From: Myxococcota bacterium
GTDB lineage: Bacteria > Myxococcota_A > UBA796 > UBA2385
Assembly (NCBI GenBank): GCA_044344255.1
Contig: JBIJDH010000021.1
Location: 32,001-96,000, forward strand
DNA: 64,000 nt
Direction: 5' to 3'
Each line of letters starts with the position of its first letter. Position 1 is the first letter of the stretch. Below the pieces are notes generated by a model that had not been told where the DNA came from, searched no databases, and worked only from the letters and a program-made list of their open reading frames with translations. Below are positions 38,332-47,630 of this stretch, piece after piece. The position numbers and the translations under genes were made by a program.

Positions 38332-38433
38332 CACCCTTGGGTATCTCGTCTCGACCGAGAGGGTGCGCGGTGGGCTCCGGCGCGGCTCGGACCGGGGGCG
38401 CCGAGACGGGATAAGGGCCGCGCTGGAGCGTCC

Positions 38434-39255
38434 ATGCCAAGCACCCCTCTCCACCAGAGCCCCGCTGCTGCCCGCCACTTCGGCCTGGAGGTCGGCGCGC
38501 GCGCCTGCCCCCTCGCCCTCCTCCTGGTCGGCCTCCCGGGCTGCGCGCCCGATCCCTCGGGCATCTGGTTCATCACCACCGCCTTTCAGGATGAAGAGCC
38601 GGTCTGCACGACGGAGCTGAGCGAGAACTTCACCCTCGCCTATCCGCCCGCGCCGGTGGCCGAGGTCGTGGAGTGGCTCTCCTCGGAGAGCCGGGATGGC
38701 AACGACACGCTGTCCTTCTTTCAGATCGAGACCACCGCCGAGGGCGAGGCGGTGCTGCTCATCGGCAACGCGACCTACCCGGGGGAGGGCTCGGAGGACG
38801 CCTGGACCTTCACCTGGGACGACTCCGATCGCTCCTCCACCAGCGATGACCACATCTCCGGCTACTTCTTCGCCGCCGACGCCCAGACCTCCTCGGAGAC
38901 GTTGCTCACCTTCACCTTTGGTGATGACGACGATCACGCCTCCGGCAAGGTGACCCTCGAGACCTCCGCGGTGAGCACCTGGCAGGAGTCCGACACCTGG
39001 ACAGAGGATGTGTCCACGGCGCTCGGCTCGACGTTTGGTCAGATCCCCGCGGGCACTTACCTCGTGACCGAGGACGCTGCGCTCGGCACCGAGGTGCCGG
39101 CGGCCAATGACTACCTCCTCGACGACTGCGACGGCGACTACTGTCAGATGGGCACCCAGACGAGCTGCAGCTCGAGCCAGTCCTACACCGCGGTCCTCAC
39201 CGACTACGAGGACGAGAGCGCCTATCTGTACTTGCAGAGCGCGGGACAGCTCTGA
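38434..39255 (+). CDS. Hypothetical lipoprotein
   Basis: LLLVGLPGC lipobox; acidic beta-rich body; GGAG before the ATG. Confidence 0.7.
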   Translation: MPSTPLHQSPAAARHFGLEVGARACPLALLLVGLPGCAPDPSGIWFITTAFQDEEPVCTTELSENFTLAYPPAPVAEVVEWLSSESRDGNDTLSFFQIETTAEGEAVLLIGNATYPGEGSEDAWTFTWDDSDRSSTSDDHISGYFFAADAQTSSETLLTFTFGDDDDHASGKVTLETSAVSTWQESDTWTEDVSTALGSTFGQIPAGTYLVTEDAALGTEVPAANDYLLDDCDGDYCQMGTQTSCSSSQSYTAVLTDYEDESAYLYLQSAGQL

Positions 39256-39307
39256 ACCTGGGCCCTGGGACCGCCGCGCGAACAGACCCCGCCCCGGAGT
39301 GGAACGG

Positions 39308-40417
39308 ATGACCTTCGAAGACCTCAAGCTCATCCCGCCGCTCCGCCTCGCCCTCGCCGACGCGGGCTACCCCGCTCCCACGCCGATCCAGGTGGCGGCC
39401 ATCCCGGCGCTCCTGGCGGGGCGAGATCTGCTCGGCACCGCGCAGACCGGCACCGGCAAGACCGCCGCCTTCGCCCTGCCGATCCTCCAGCACCTCACCA
39501 CCACCCTGCGCACCGGAGAGGTGCGCGCGCTGGTGCTGGCGCCGACGCGGGAGCTCGCCACGCAGCTCGGCGAGTCCTTCGCCGCCTATGGTGCGCACCT
39601 CCCCGATCTGCACTGCACCGTCGTCTTCGGCGGGATGGGCATGCGGGCGCAGCGGCGGGCCATCGAGGCGGGCCTCGACATCCTCGTCGCCACCCCGGGC
39701 CGGCTGCTCGACCTCGCCGGCCAAGGGGCGGTCCGCCTCGACTCCGTCGAGCACCTCGTGCTGGATGAGGCCGATCGTATGCTCGACCTCGGCTTCTTCG
39801 AGGCGGTGCGCTCGATCGTCAAGCGCCTCCCGAAGCGGAGGCAGAACGTCCTGTTCTCCGCCACGATGCCCCCAGAGATCGAGCGGCTCGCCAGTCAGAT
39901 CCTCCGCAACCCCCTTCGGGTCCAGGTGGCCCCGGCGGCGGCGGTGGCCGATCAGATTGAGCAGTACGTGATCTTCGTCGAGAAGCCACACAAGCGCGCC
40001 GCCCTCTCGCGGGTGCTCGCTGACCCCCGGGTCAGGTCGGCGATCGTCTTCGTGCGCACCAAGCACGCCGCCGACCGCCTCGGCGCCTCGCTGCGGGCCG
40101 CGGGGGTCGGCAACGGGGTCCTCCACGGCGACAAGCTCCAGCCCGAGCGCGAGCGGGCGCTCTCCGACTTCACGCGGGGCTTCACGCGGGTGCTCGTGGC
40201 CACCGATGTCGCCGCGCGCGGGATCGACATCGAGCGGGTCTCCCACGTCATCAACCTCGACATCCCCGCCGTGGCCGAGAGCTACGTGCACCGCATCGGG
40301 CGCACGGCCCGCGCCGGGGAGTCCGGGGTGGCGATCTCGCTCTGCGCCAGCGAGGAGCGTGCCTTCCTCGCGGCGATCGAGCGCCTGACCGGCCAGCCGC
40401 TCACCCCGCTTCGCTGA
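39308..40417 (+). CDS. DEAD-box RNA helicase (RhlE-like core)
   Basis: PTPIQ, AQTGTGKT, PTRELA, TPGRLLD, LDEAD, SAT, ARGID, HRIGRTAR. Confidence 0.96.
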   Translation: MTFEDLKLIPPLRLALADAGYPAPTPIQVAAIPALLAGRDLLGTAQTGTGKTAAFALPILQHLTTTLRTGEVRALVLAPTRELATQLGESFAAYGAHLPDLHCTVVFGGMGMRAQRRAIEAGLDILVATPGRLLDLAGQGAVRLDSVEHLVLDEADRMLDLGFFEAVRSIVKRLPKRRQNVLFSATMPPEIERLASQILRNPLRVQVAPAAAVADQIEQYVIFVEKPHKRAALSRVLADPRVRSAIVFVRTKHAADRLGASLRAAGVGNGVLHGDKLQPERERALSDFTRGFTRVLVATDVAARGIDIERVSHVINLDIPAVAESYVHRIGRTARAGESGVAISLCASEERAFLAAIERLTGQPLTPLR

Positions 40418-40466
40418 GGAGGGACCCCGCTTCGCTCAGAAGGGGGCAGAGGGCAGGCGGCCGGGC

Positions 40467-40994
40467 CTACTTCCCGACGCCCAACCTGTGCTTCAGCTCG
40501 TCGAGGGTGGTGACGGCCGCGGCCTTCACGCGCGAGACCACCATCGCCTTCGGCACCGGGATCTTCGGGATGGCGAGGATGCGCAGCGTGATGCGGGTGC
40601 CGCCCTCGACAGGCTGAACCTCCCAGTCGACGCTGTTCTTCTCGAAGTCGTCGCTGGAGATGAGCCGCTCGGACCAGCCGGTGGCGGTGGGGCAGCGGAT
40701 CGAGTCGTACTCCATCGGCGAGAGGAGGCCCTTGACCTGGACCTTCACCCGCTCGCAGTTGCCGCTCGGCGTGGCCTTCACCGAGATGACCTCGGAGCTG
40801 AGCGTCACGGCGTCCGAGGCGTGGCAGAGCTGGGCTCGCACGGCGTCGGCGCCCGCCGTCACGGTGATCTGCTTGGTGACCACCCCGGAGTCAGCGGCGG
40901 TGGGCATGGGCTCGAGCGCGAAGGCGGCGCCGGGGAGCGCGGCCAGGCAGAGCAGGGCGACCGGGCGGAGCGGGGACACGAGGTGCTGGCGCAT
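40467..40994 (-). CDS. Secreted SRPBCC/START-like domain protein
   Basis: Signal peptide; 'WEVQPVEGGTRITL' followed by a long C-terminal helix. Confidence 0.6.
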   Translation of the reverse strand: MRQHLVSPLRPVALLCLAALPGAAFALEPMPTAADSGVVTKQITVTAGADAVRAQLCHASDAVTLSSEVISVKATPSGNCERVKVQVKGLLSPMEYDSIRCPTATGWSERLISSDDFEKNSVDWEVQPVEGGTRITLRILAIPKIPVPKAMVVSRVKAAAVTTLDELKHRLGVGK

Positions 40995-41113
40995 GGAGCC
41001 TCCCAGCCCAGGAATATCGACCGCAGATCCGAAGCGCTACGCTCTTCCTGCCCACCTGGTCAAATAGTTCGTGACCTTCTGGCGACCGGCGGCTCGGCGG
41101 CTCGGCGGCCCGC

Positions 41114-42169
41114 TCAGGGCGCCGTGAGGGGCACCTCCGTCTGGCTGAGGCTGTTGTCTCCCCAGCAGCGGAGGTAGGAGGTGGGGCCGCCCTCCAGCGG
41201 GGCCTCGAGGGCGCAGGCGTGCTCGGACACCGGGCTCATGTAGAGCGCGGTGAACATGAAGCCAGCGGGGGGCGAGAGCTGGCCCGCGCTGTCGTCGCCC
41301 CAACACTCGACCTGGTCGTCGGTCTTACGAATGCCGCAGGTGAAATTGAGGCCGGCCGCGATGTGACTGAACTGGACGGCGGGGGGGCTCGACTGCCCGA
41401 AGGAGTCGTCTCCCCAACAGAAGATGTTGCCGATCTCTTCGATACCGCAGCTGTGCTGGCCGCCCGACGTCACCTCCACGAATTGAACCGGGGAGGGCGG
41501 GGTGGACTGCCCGGAGGCGTTGTCTCCCCAGCAGGCTGGGCCGCCCGCGCTGTCCAACGCGCAGGTGTGTTGACCGCCGGTGGCCAGGTCTTGCAGGCCG
41601 CCCGCGGCCGGCGCGCTGGCCTGGCCGAAGTCGTCGTTGCCCCAGCAGTAGGTGTTGGTGTCGCCCCCGATGAAGCAGCCGTGCGCCTGTCCGAGGCGGG
41701 GCACCTTGCTCGCGGTCAGGGGCGGCGTGGCGAGGCCGTCGGCGTCGCTGCCCCAGCAGACCACAGAGAGGCTGACCGGGTCGAGGCCGCAGGCGGTGGC
41801 CTCGCTGGCGGTGAGCTCGGCGAAGGCCGCGACGGGGGGGCTGAGCTCGCCGTCGGCGCCGCTGCCCCAGCAGGTGGCGAAGCCTGCGAGGTCGAGGGCG
41901 CAGGTGAAGCCGCCGCCCACCGCGGCGCCGAGCCAGTCTGGGCTGGGGGTGGGCGGAGGGTCACCGGTGTCGCCGGTGTCGGGGGGAGCGGTGTCGGGGG
42001 GAGCGGTGTCGGGCGGGTCGGTGTGGGGGGGGTCGGTGTCGGGGGGGTCGGTGTCGGGGACCCCGCTGTCCGGGCTCCCGCTGTCGGAGGGGGTGGCCCC
42101 GGAGACCGCCGTTCGGCAGTCTTCGTCGCGCAGCACGATGGTGCAGGAGAGGAGCAGGAGCAGCATCAC
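41114..42169 (-). CDS. RCC1-like repeat lipoprotein
   Basis: LLSC lipobox, PPDT linker, repeated G..HTCAL...CWG.D..GQ units. Confidence 0.88.
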   Translation of the reverse strand: MMLLLLLSCTIVLRDEDCRTAVSGATPSDSGSPDSGVPDTDPPDTDPPHTDPPDTAPPDTAPPDTGDTGDPPPTPSPDWLGAAVGGGFTCALDLAGFATCWGSGADGELSPPVAAFAELTASEATACGLDPVSLSVVCWGSDADGLATPPLTASKVPRLGQAHGCFIGGDTNTYCWGNDDFGQASAPAAGGLQDLATGGQHTCALDSAGGPACWGDNASGQSTPPSPVQFVEVTSGGQHSCGIEEIGNIFCWGDDSFGQSSPPAVQFSHIAAGLNFTCGIRKTDDQVECWGDDSAGQLSPPAGFMFTALYMSPVSEHACALEAPLEGGPTSYLRCWGDNSLSQTEVPLTAP

Positions 42170-43221
42170 AGGCCCACCCCGAGGCCGACGCCGGCAGAGA
42201 GGGAGAGGGCGTCGGCGTAGCCGCCCCGGAGCTCCGAGAGGAGGCTGAGCCGCCGGCTGAGCTCGAGGCCGTGGCGGAGGCGGGCCGACCCGCCGAGGTG
42301 CAGCGCCGCGTAGTCCCCGCCGCAGGCGTAGGGGTGGGACTCGTAGGTGACGTCGAAGAGGCCGCCGAGGCGGAGCCCGGTCTGGCCGAGCTGGAGCTCG
42401 AGGCCGAGGGACTGGGGCGCCCGCAGCCCATCGCCGAGGAGCCCGCTGAGCGCCGCCTCGTAGCTGAGGCGGAGCGAGCGGCCGAGCCCCAGCCCAGCGC
42501 CCACCCGCAGCCCGAGCGCCGCCCCCGACGAGACGGCGGCCTCACCGACGAAGCCGGCCTCACCGATGCCCGTGAGCTCCAGCCGCGGCCGGCCCGTGGG
42601 CCAGGTCTTGGTGAAGCGCCCCGGGCTCTTCGGCCAGGCCTCCGCAGGGGCCGCGGGCCCCGCCTTGGGCATCGCCACTTGCTGCCCGGGGGTGAGGCGG
42701 GTGGTGCCGGCGGCGTTGGTCACGCGCACCACGCCCTCTTCGACGCGGACGGTCACGCGGTCCTCCCCCTCCCCCACCACCAGGAAGCGGGTGCCCTCCA
42801 CCACCGTCTCGACGGTGGCGAACTGCACGCGGAAGGCGCCCCGCACGCGGTAGTAGACCTCACCGAGCTCCTGGAGGACGCTCTGCTCGCTCGTCAGGGT
42901 CACGCGGCTTCCCTCGGCGATGTTGAGCTGATGTCCGTTCGTGAAGCGGAGCTCGGCGCGGCCCTGGCGGGTCTCGATCACCACCCCGACGGGCAGGGTC
43001 TGGCCCCTGCGGGTGGGGGTGCGGACCTCGCCGGCCACCACCAGCACCTCGCCGGTCTCTTCGACCACGCGCCAGCGGCCGGCCATGTCGACGGCGCTGA
43101 GCCGCTCGAGGGTGGCCAGATCGGCCGCCGCCGCCCCGCCAGACAGCCCGAGGGTGAGCCAGAGCAGGCAGACGAGGCGGACGAGGGGGACCGAGAGGAG
43201 GGGGCGCGGGAGGCGGGGCAA
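42166..43221 (-). CDS. FecR domain protein with C-terminal beta-barrel-like region
   Basis: 'VEGTRFLV...VRVEEGVVRV...LTPGQQ' FecR signature; signal peptide. Confidence 0.82.
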   Translation of the reverse strand: MPRLPRPLLSVPLVRLVCLLWLTLGLSGGAAAADLATLERLSAVDMAGRWRVVEETGEVLVVAGEVRTPTRRGQTLPVGVVIETRQGRAELRFTNGHQLNIAEGSRVTLTSEQSVLQELGEVYYRVRGAFRVQFATVETVVEGTRFLVVGEGEDRVTVRVEEGVVRVTNAAGTTRLTPGQQVAMPKAGPAAPAEAWPKSPGRFTKTWPTGRPRLELTGIGEAGFVGEAAVSSGAALGLRVGAGLGLGRSLRLSYEAALSGLLGDGLRAPQSLGLELQLGQTGLRLGGLFDVTYESHPYACGGDYAALHLGGSARLRHGLELSRRLSLLSELRGGYADALSLSAGVGLGVGL

Positions 43222-43229
43222 GCGGGCGC

Positions 43230-45302
43230 TCAGGTTGTCTCGGGTGTCGAGGGGCGATGCGGGCGAGGGCGGGCGGAGAGATCATTCCCCGTCGGCGGCC
43301 GTCCCGCCACCCACAGGCCGAGGATCCCGGCCAGCACCGCCGGGGAGAGCCCGACCAGGACCCCGGCCGAGGCGGCGATGAGGCCGATCAGCGCGGCGGC
43401 GGCGGGGATGAGGAGGGCCAGCGCGCGCCGCTCGGGGCGGAGGCCTCGGCTGAGCAGGGCGGTGGCGCCGCCGGTGAGCAGCGCGAGCAGGGCGTTCCAC
43501 TCGACCGCCAGGACCTTCAGCCCGGCCTGGCGGAGCAGGCTCTGGATCAGGGCGGCCTCGATCTCCACCCCGTAACGCGGCCCATCGGGCGTCTCGTGGA
43601 TGTCCTCCGTCCCGCCGTAGACCCCGAGCACCACGACCTTCCCGGCGAGCTCGTCGAAGCGGCCCCGCGCCGCATAGGGGACGACGGGCGCCTCGGCGGG
43701 CGGCGAGAAGGTGAAGAGCCCGCCGGCGATGGGGTTGTGCGTGGGGCCGATGATGAGCGCGTCGCCCTCGATGCGGGGCGGCTCCCGCCCGAGCTGAGCG
43801 GCGACCGCGAGCACGCTCGCGTGCCAGTAGCGCCGGCCATCGGGCAGGACCCGCTCGACCGGCGCGGCGCGGACGGTGCCGAAGAAGCGCTCCTCCTTGG
43901 CCTCCACGAGGCCGAGCGCCCCCCGGGCGAGGGCGGCGTGGGCCGGCGTCACCGCCTCGTCCCAGGCCACCCGCACGGGGAGGACCACGGTCACCCCCGC
44001 GGCGCGAAGCTCGGCCACGGCGCCGGCGATGGCCTCGTCCATCGGCGAGGGGGTGGAGAGCGCGAGGTCGAAGAGCACCGCCCGCACCCCCGCCTCCCGG
44101 AGCGCCCGCAGCGTGCCGGGGTGCTCGGCCCGCAGCGCCTTCACGTCGGGCACGTTCACGCCGAGGATGGCGACGTCGGTGGCCGGCAGCGGCCCTCGGG
44201 TCGCGCGCAGCACGGGGTACTGGAGGGCCACGTCGAGGGGGGAGAGGAGGTCGAGGATCGCGACGAGCGCGGGCAGGAGCAGCCACAGGCCTCGGCGGTC
44301 GCGGCGCCCTGCGGGAGGGGAGGGCGCCGCGGCCCAGGCCAGCTCCGGGAGCGGTGGAGAGGCCGAGGCGCGCGGCGGGAGGGGGACGGTGTCGGCCCCC
44401 GGGGGTGGATCGGCCGCCAGGGCGCCAGCGTCGAAGGTGAGGGCGGCGGTGTCGGGCTCGGCGGGCCGCTCCGCCCAGGTCTCCCGACCGTCGAGCACGG
44501 CCTCCAGCGTGCCGCAGTCCGGGATGCGCCGCTCCCGCTCGGTGACGAGGCAGCCCCGGATGGCCGCGAGGGCACGGGCGGGGAGCCCCGGGTTGAGCGC
44601 GAGCGGGTCTGGATACCTCCCCTCCACGACCGCGTAGAGGAGGGAGACAGAGTCTTCCGCCCGAAAGGGCCGCTTGCCGCAGAGCAGCTCATAGAGCATC
44701 ACCCCGAGGGACCAAATGTCCGCGCGGTGATCGACCCGACTGGCGTCGCGGACCTGCTCGGGCGCCATGTAGGCGGGCGTGCCGAGCGAGACCTGGCTGG
44801 CGGTCCGCGCGGCCCCCTCGTCACCGAGCAGCTTCGCGATCCCGAAGTCGGTCACCTTGGGGACGAGCTCTCCGGCCTCGCCTCTGCTGAGCAGGACATT
44901 TCCCGGCTTGAGGTCACGGTGCACGAGCCCAGCCCGGTGCGCCACGGCGACCGCCGAGACCACCGCGCGGAAGATCGTCTCGGCCTGGAGGTAGGGGAGC
45001 CGGCCCTTTCGCAGCAGGCCGTCGAGCGAGCCCCCCTCGACGAGCTCCATGACGAGGACGGGCACGCCGTCGACGTCGAGCACCTCGCTCACGCCGACGA
45101 TGTGGGGGTGGCGGAGGGCCGACTGGAGCCGCCCCTCCTCAATCATCCGCTCCTGGATCGAGGCGCTGCGCACGTGCAACACCTTGAGGGCGTGGACGCT
45201 GCCCCGCGCGCGGTGCCGGGCCCGGTACACACGGGCCATGCCCCCTTCGCCGAGCAGGGCCTCGATCTCGTACTCGCCGACGATGTCCCCGGGGCGTGGC
45301 AC
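43230..45302 (-). CDS. Ser/Thr protein kinase with C-terminal CHASE2 domain
   Basis: GEGGMARVY, HRDLKPGN, DFG, APE; CHASE2-like FDLALS and GKVVVLG...DIHETP...GVEIEA followed by 3 TM segments. Confidence 0.9.
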   Translation of the reverse strand: MPRPGDIVGEYEIEALLGEGGMARVYRARHRARGSVHALKVLHVRSASIQERMIEEGRLQSALRHPHIVGVSEVLDVDGVPVLVMELVEGGSLDGLLRKGRLPYLQAETIFRAVVSAVAVAHRAGLVHRDLKPGNVLLSRGEAGELVPKVTDFGIAKLLGDEGAARTASQVSLGTPAYMAPEQVRDASRVDHRADIWSLGVMLYELLCGKRPFRAEDSVSLLYAVVEGRYPDPLALNPGLPARALAAIRGCLVTERERRIPDCGTLEAVLDGRETWAERPAEPDTAALTFDAGALAADPPPGADTVPLPPRASASPPLPELAWAAAPSPPAGRRDRRGLWLLLPALVAILDLLSPLDVALQYPVLRATRGPLPATDVAILGVNVPDVKALRAEHPGTLRALREAGVRAVLFDLALSTPSPMDEAIAGAVAELRAAGVTVVLPVRVAWDEAVTPAHAALARGALGLVEAKEERFFGTVRAAPVERVLPDGRRYWHASVLAVAAQLGREPPRIEGDALIIGPTHNPIAGGLFTFSPPAEAPVVPYAARGRFDELAGKVVVLGVYGGTEDIHETPDGPRYGVEIEAALIQSLLRQAGLKVLAVEWNALLALLTGGATALLSRGLRPERRALALLIPAAAALIGLIAASAGVLVGLSPAVLAGILGLWVAGRPPTGNDLSARPRPHRPSTPETT

Positions 45303-45325
45303 CGCGTCAGCCTATCGCGGCGGCG

Positions 45326-46009
45326 CTACCGTGGGCCGAGGGCGCCCATCCCGAGCTCGTCGAGGAGGATCTGCACCACCTGGCGCTGCATCTCCACCCG
45401 CCGGGCCTCGGGGAAGCCCATCCAGGTCTCGACGCAGATCCCGACGCAGCCGATGTCGGCGACGATGACCTCGGTGGAGGAGGTGGCGACGGGGTAGTAG
45501 AGCGTGTCCCAGCGCTCCTCGGCCGAGGCCGCCTCATTCAGCCGCTCCACCCCTCGGCCGACGATCGGCGGCATGGGCTCGACGCCGTACACGAGGGTCT
45601 GCCCGAAGGAGGGCCGCACGGCGGGGTCGTAGCGCTTCTTGCTCTCGTGCAGCGTCGCCATCAGGGCCGGGCGCTCGTCGCGCACCAGGGCCATGAAGCG
45701 GGCCGCGAGCCGCCGCTCCCGCTCGGGGGCCGCCGCGTCTCCCGGGAAGCAGCGGTTGAGGTCGAGCCCGCCCGGCGCCGCGCGCTCCCGGGCCCGGTAG
45801 GCCGGCGGGTTCATCACGGGGACAACGAGCAGCCGCCCCCGCTCCGGGCGGGCCCCCTCCTCGATGAGCTCGAAGAGCGCGTGCACGCCGGCCACCTCAT
45901 CGCCGTGGATCCCCGCCTGCACGAGGGCGGTGGGCCCCGGGGCCGCCGCCTCGAAGACGTAGATGGGCAGGGTGGGGGCGAGGAAGTGGACACCGGGAGC
46001 GAGCGGCAA
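45326..46009 (-). CDS. Succinylglutamate desuccinylase/aspartoacylase (M14) family protein
   Basis: AGIHGDEVAG, DLNRCFPG, LHES. Confidence 0.9.
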   Translation of the reverse strand: MPLAPGVHFLAPTLPIYVFEAAAPGPTALVQAGIHGDEVAGVHALFELIEEGARPERGRLLVVPVMNPPAYRARERAAPGGLDLNRCFPGDAAAPERERRLAARFMALVRDERPALMATLHESKKRYDPAVRPSFGQTLVYGVEPMPPIVGRGVERLNEAASAEERWDTLYYPVATSSTEVIVADIGCVGICVETWMGFPEARRVEMQRQVVQILLDELGMGALGPR

Positions 46010-46183
46010 GGCGGCCTCCGAGCGGGGAGCGGAGCGGACCTAACCCCCGCCGCGGCCGCGCACCGGTCGACGGGCGCGCCCTCCCTGCTTACTTGAGAAA
46101 CCAGTTGCCCACTCTCTGGGAAGGGGCAGCCCCGATCCCCATCCTGTCGCCGGAGACCCCGCCTTTGCCTGTGTCACCACCCC

Positions 46184-46200
46184 TGGCACGCCCCTTGCAT
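46184..46200 (+). promoter_or_regulatory. Sigma54 (-24/-12) promoter
   Basis: TGGCACG-CCCC-TTGCAT matches consensus TGGCACG-N4-TTGCW; predicts a start site near 46210. Confidence 0.85.
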
Positions 46201-46209
46201 AAGTGTGCT

Positions 46210-47559
46210 GCGGCGCCGGGATGACCGGTGGCTCACCGAGAGGCACCGCGGGGAGGAAATGCTCCGCGGGTCGGGCGACCGACGAGCACTTTGACGTGAA
46301 ACAGACCTTTGAGCGGCACCGGTGACGGAGCGCTCTCTCGATGATGCGGTCCTGGAGTGATCCAGCTCGCGGCGGAGAGACAGCGCAGAAGACACCGGCG
46401 ACCTCGACCTGAACCTCCGAGTCGTCGGAGGATCGAGTGGAGGCCGAGCGAGCCGAGGCGCAGCAGCCAGAACCCCCCATCTGCCCCACCCCCACAGGGT
46501 GACGGTCGATCCGGTCGGGGCGAAGCCCGACAGAGATGTCGGGTGACGCGGAGGGAGAGGGCGACAGCGACTCGAGGAGTGGCCCGAACGAAGGAAGAAA
46601 CCCAAGGGAGCATCAGACCGAAGGGAGGCTGCAAGGCCGCCTGGATGGACTGGACTCTTCACCGGAGCAAGACCCTGAGGTCGCGCGGGAGGGAGGTCGA
46701 GAGGCCGAACCGAGCGTGAACGACGAGAGGGGACAAGGGCCGCGGCGACGCGGTACGGCTGGTTGAAGAGGAGGAAGGCTCCGAAGGGTAGACAGCTCGG
46801 GGGGAGCCAGGCGCGCGAGCGATCGGCATCCCGAACGGGCTGAACCCCAGGATCGGCAGCAGGGTGCAATAAACCTGCAAGCGACCATGCGGAGAAAACC
46901 GCTGTAGCCGGGAAGAACGGCAAGAGCGGAAGGAGCGGAGGGGCGGCATCCCCTTCGCCCAGGCGCGGCCCTCGAGAGAGGACCGAGCCCGGACCGGACG
47001 CATGGCGTGATGTCGATGGAGGGGATCTTTGGAAAACCCCAAGAGAGGAAGTCCGCGAGAGCGGCGTGAAAACCGGCACCCCCGACGGGGAGGTGACGCA
47101 GCGCACGCCGAGAGAACGGACCGCAGGATTCGAGCGCGAGTCCGGCAGGCGACCCCGCGAGGGAGCGACTGAACGGAATCGAAGTCTCTGAAGGTGGAGC
47201 GAAGGTCAGGAAGGTTGAACGAAAGGACGACCCGACACACCTGGTGCTCAGGACAGGAAGTGCCTCACAGACCTGCACACTCAAAAGGTGGCAAGGTCAA
47301 AGAGGACGGCTGGGAAGGCCAACGACCAGCGACCTGAAGTGAGTGGAGAATGGAGCCGGCGCCGCAACGCTGGAGCCAGGTACCGCGACCTTGAAGACCC
47401 CGCCAACCCCACGAGAGGCCAGACGAGCGACGCTGAGAGGGGCAACCCGAACAGCACAGGCAGTCTCCTCGAGTCCCCGCGAAAGCCTCTGCAGGGAACC
47501 CCATCGCCACCCGACGCCAAGAAGCCCTCCAGCGCAAGCTGGAGGGCTCTTTTCGTTTT
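46210..47559 (+). ncRNA. Candidate large structured noncoding RNA (~1.35 kb), family unrecognised
   Basis: No credible ORF; sigma54 promoter and terminator boundaries; 46209-46219 pairs with 47356-47366; nested helices; many GNRA hairpins; purine-rich + strand. Confidence 0.72.
47523..47559 (+). terminator. Intrinsic terminator
   Basis: AGCCCTCCAGC-GCAA-GCTGGAGGGCT 11-bp stem followed by CTTTTCGTTTT. Confidence 0.9.
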
Positions 47560-47630
47560 GTCGGCTCGCTACGGCCCGCCCGGCCCGGGGCCGGACGAGC
47601 CCTCCCCTGTGGGGGGCCTACCGGTTGGAC

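Noticed and set aside
38332..39333. N-terminal extension of the 1806-aa ORF
   Set aside because: Antisense to the lipoprotein gene at 38434-39255; protein-like sequence starts near 38331
47043..47055. GAGGAAGTCC resembling the RNase P GAGGAAAGUCC motif
   Set aside because: One A short, no matching 3' P4 strand found, and the region is about three times RNase P length
46174..47284. Minus-strand ORFs of 133-310 aa across the candidate RNA
   Set aside because: Overlapping, Ser/Pro/Arg-rich, with no motifs; best explained as shadows of a purine-rich + strand
46210..47559. rRNA, tmRNA or group I/II intron identity
   Set aside because: No universal 16S/23S signatures, tRNA-like ends, domain V or interrupted host gene recognised; it has its own promoter and terminator
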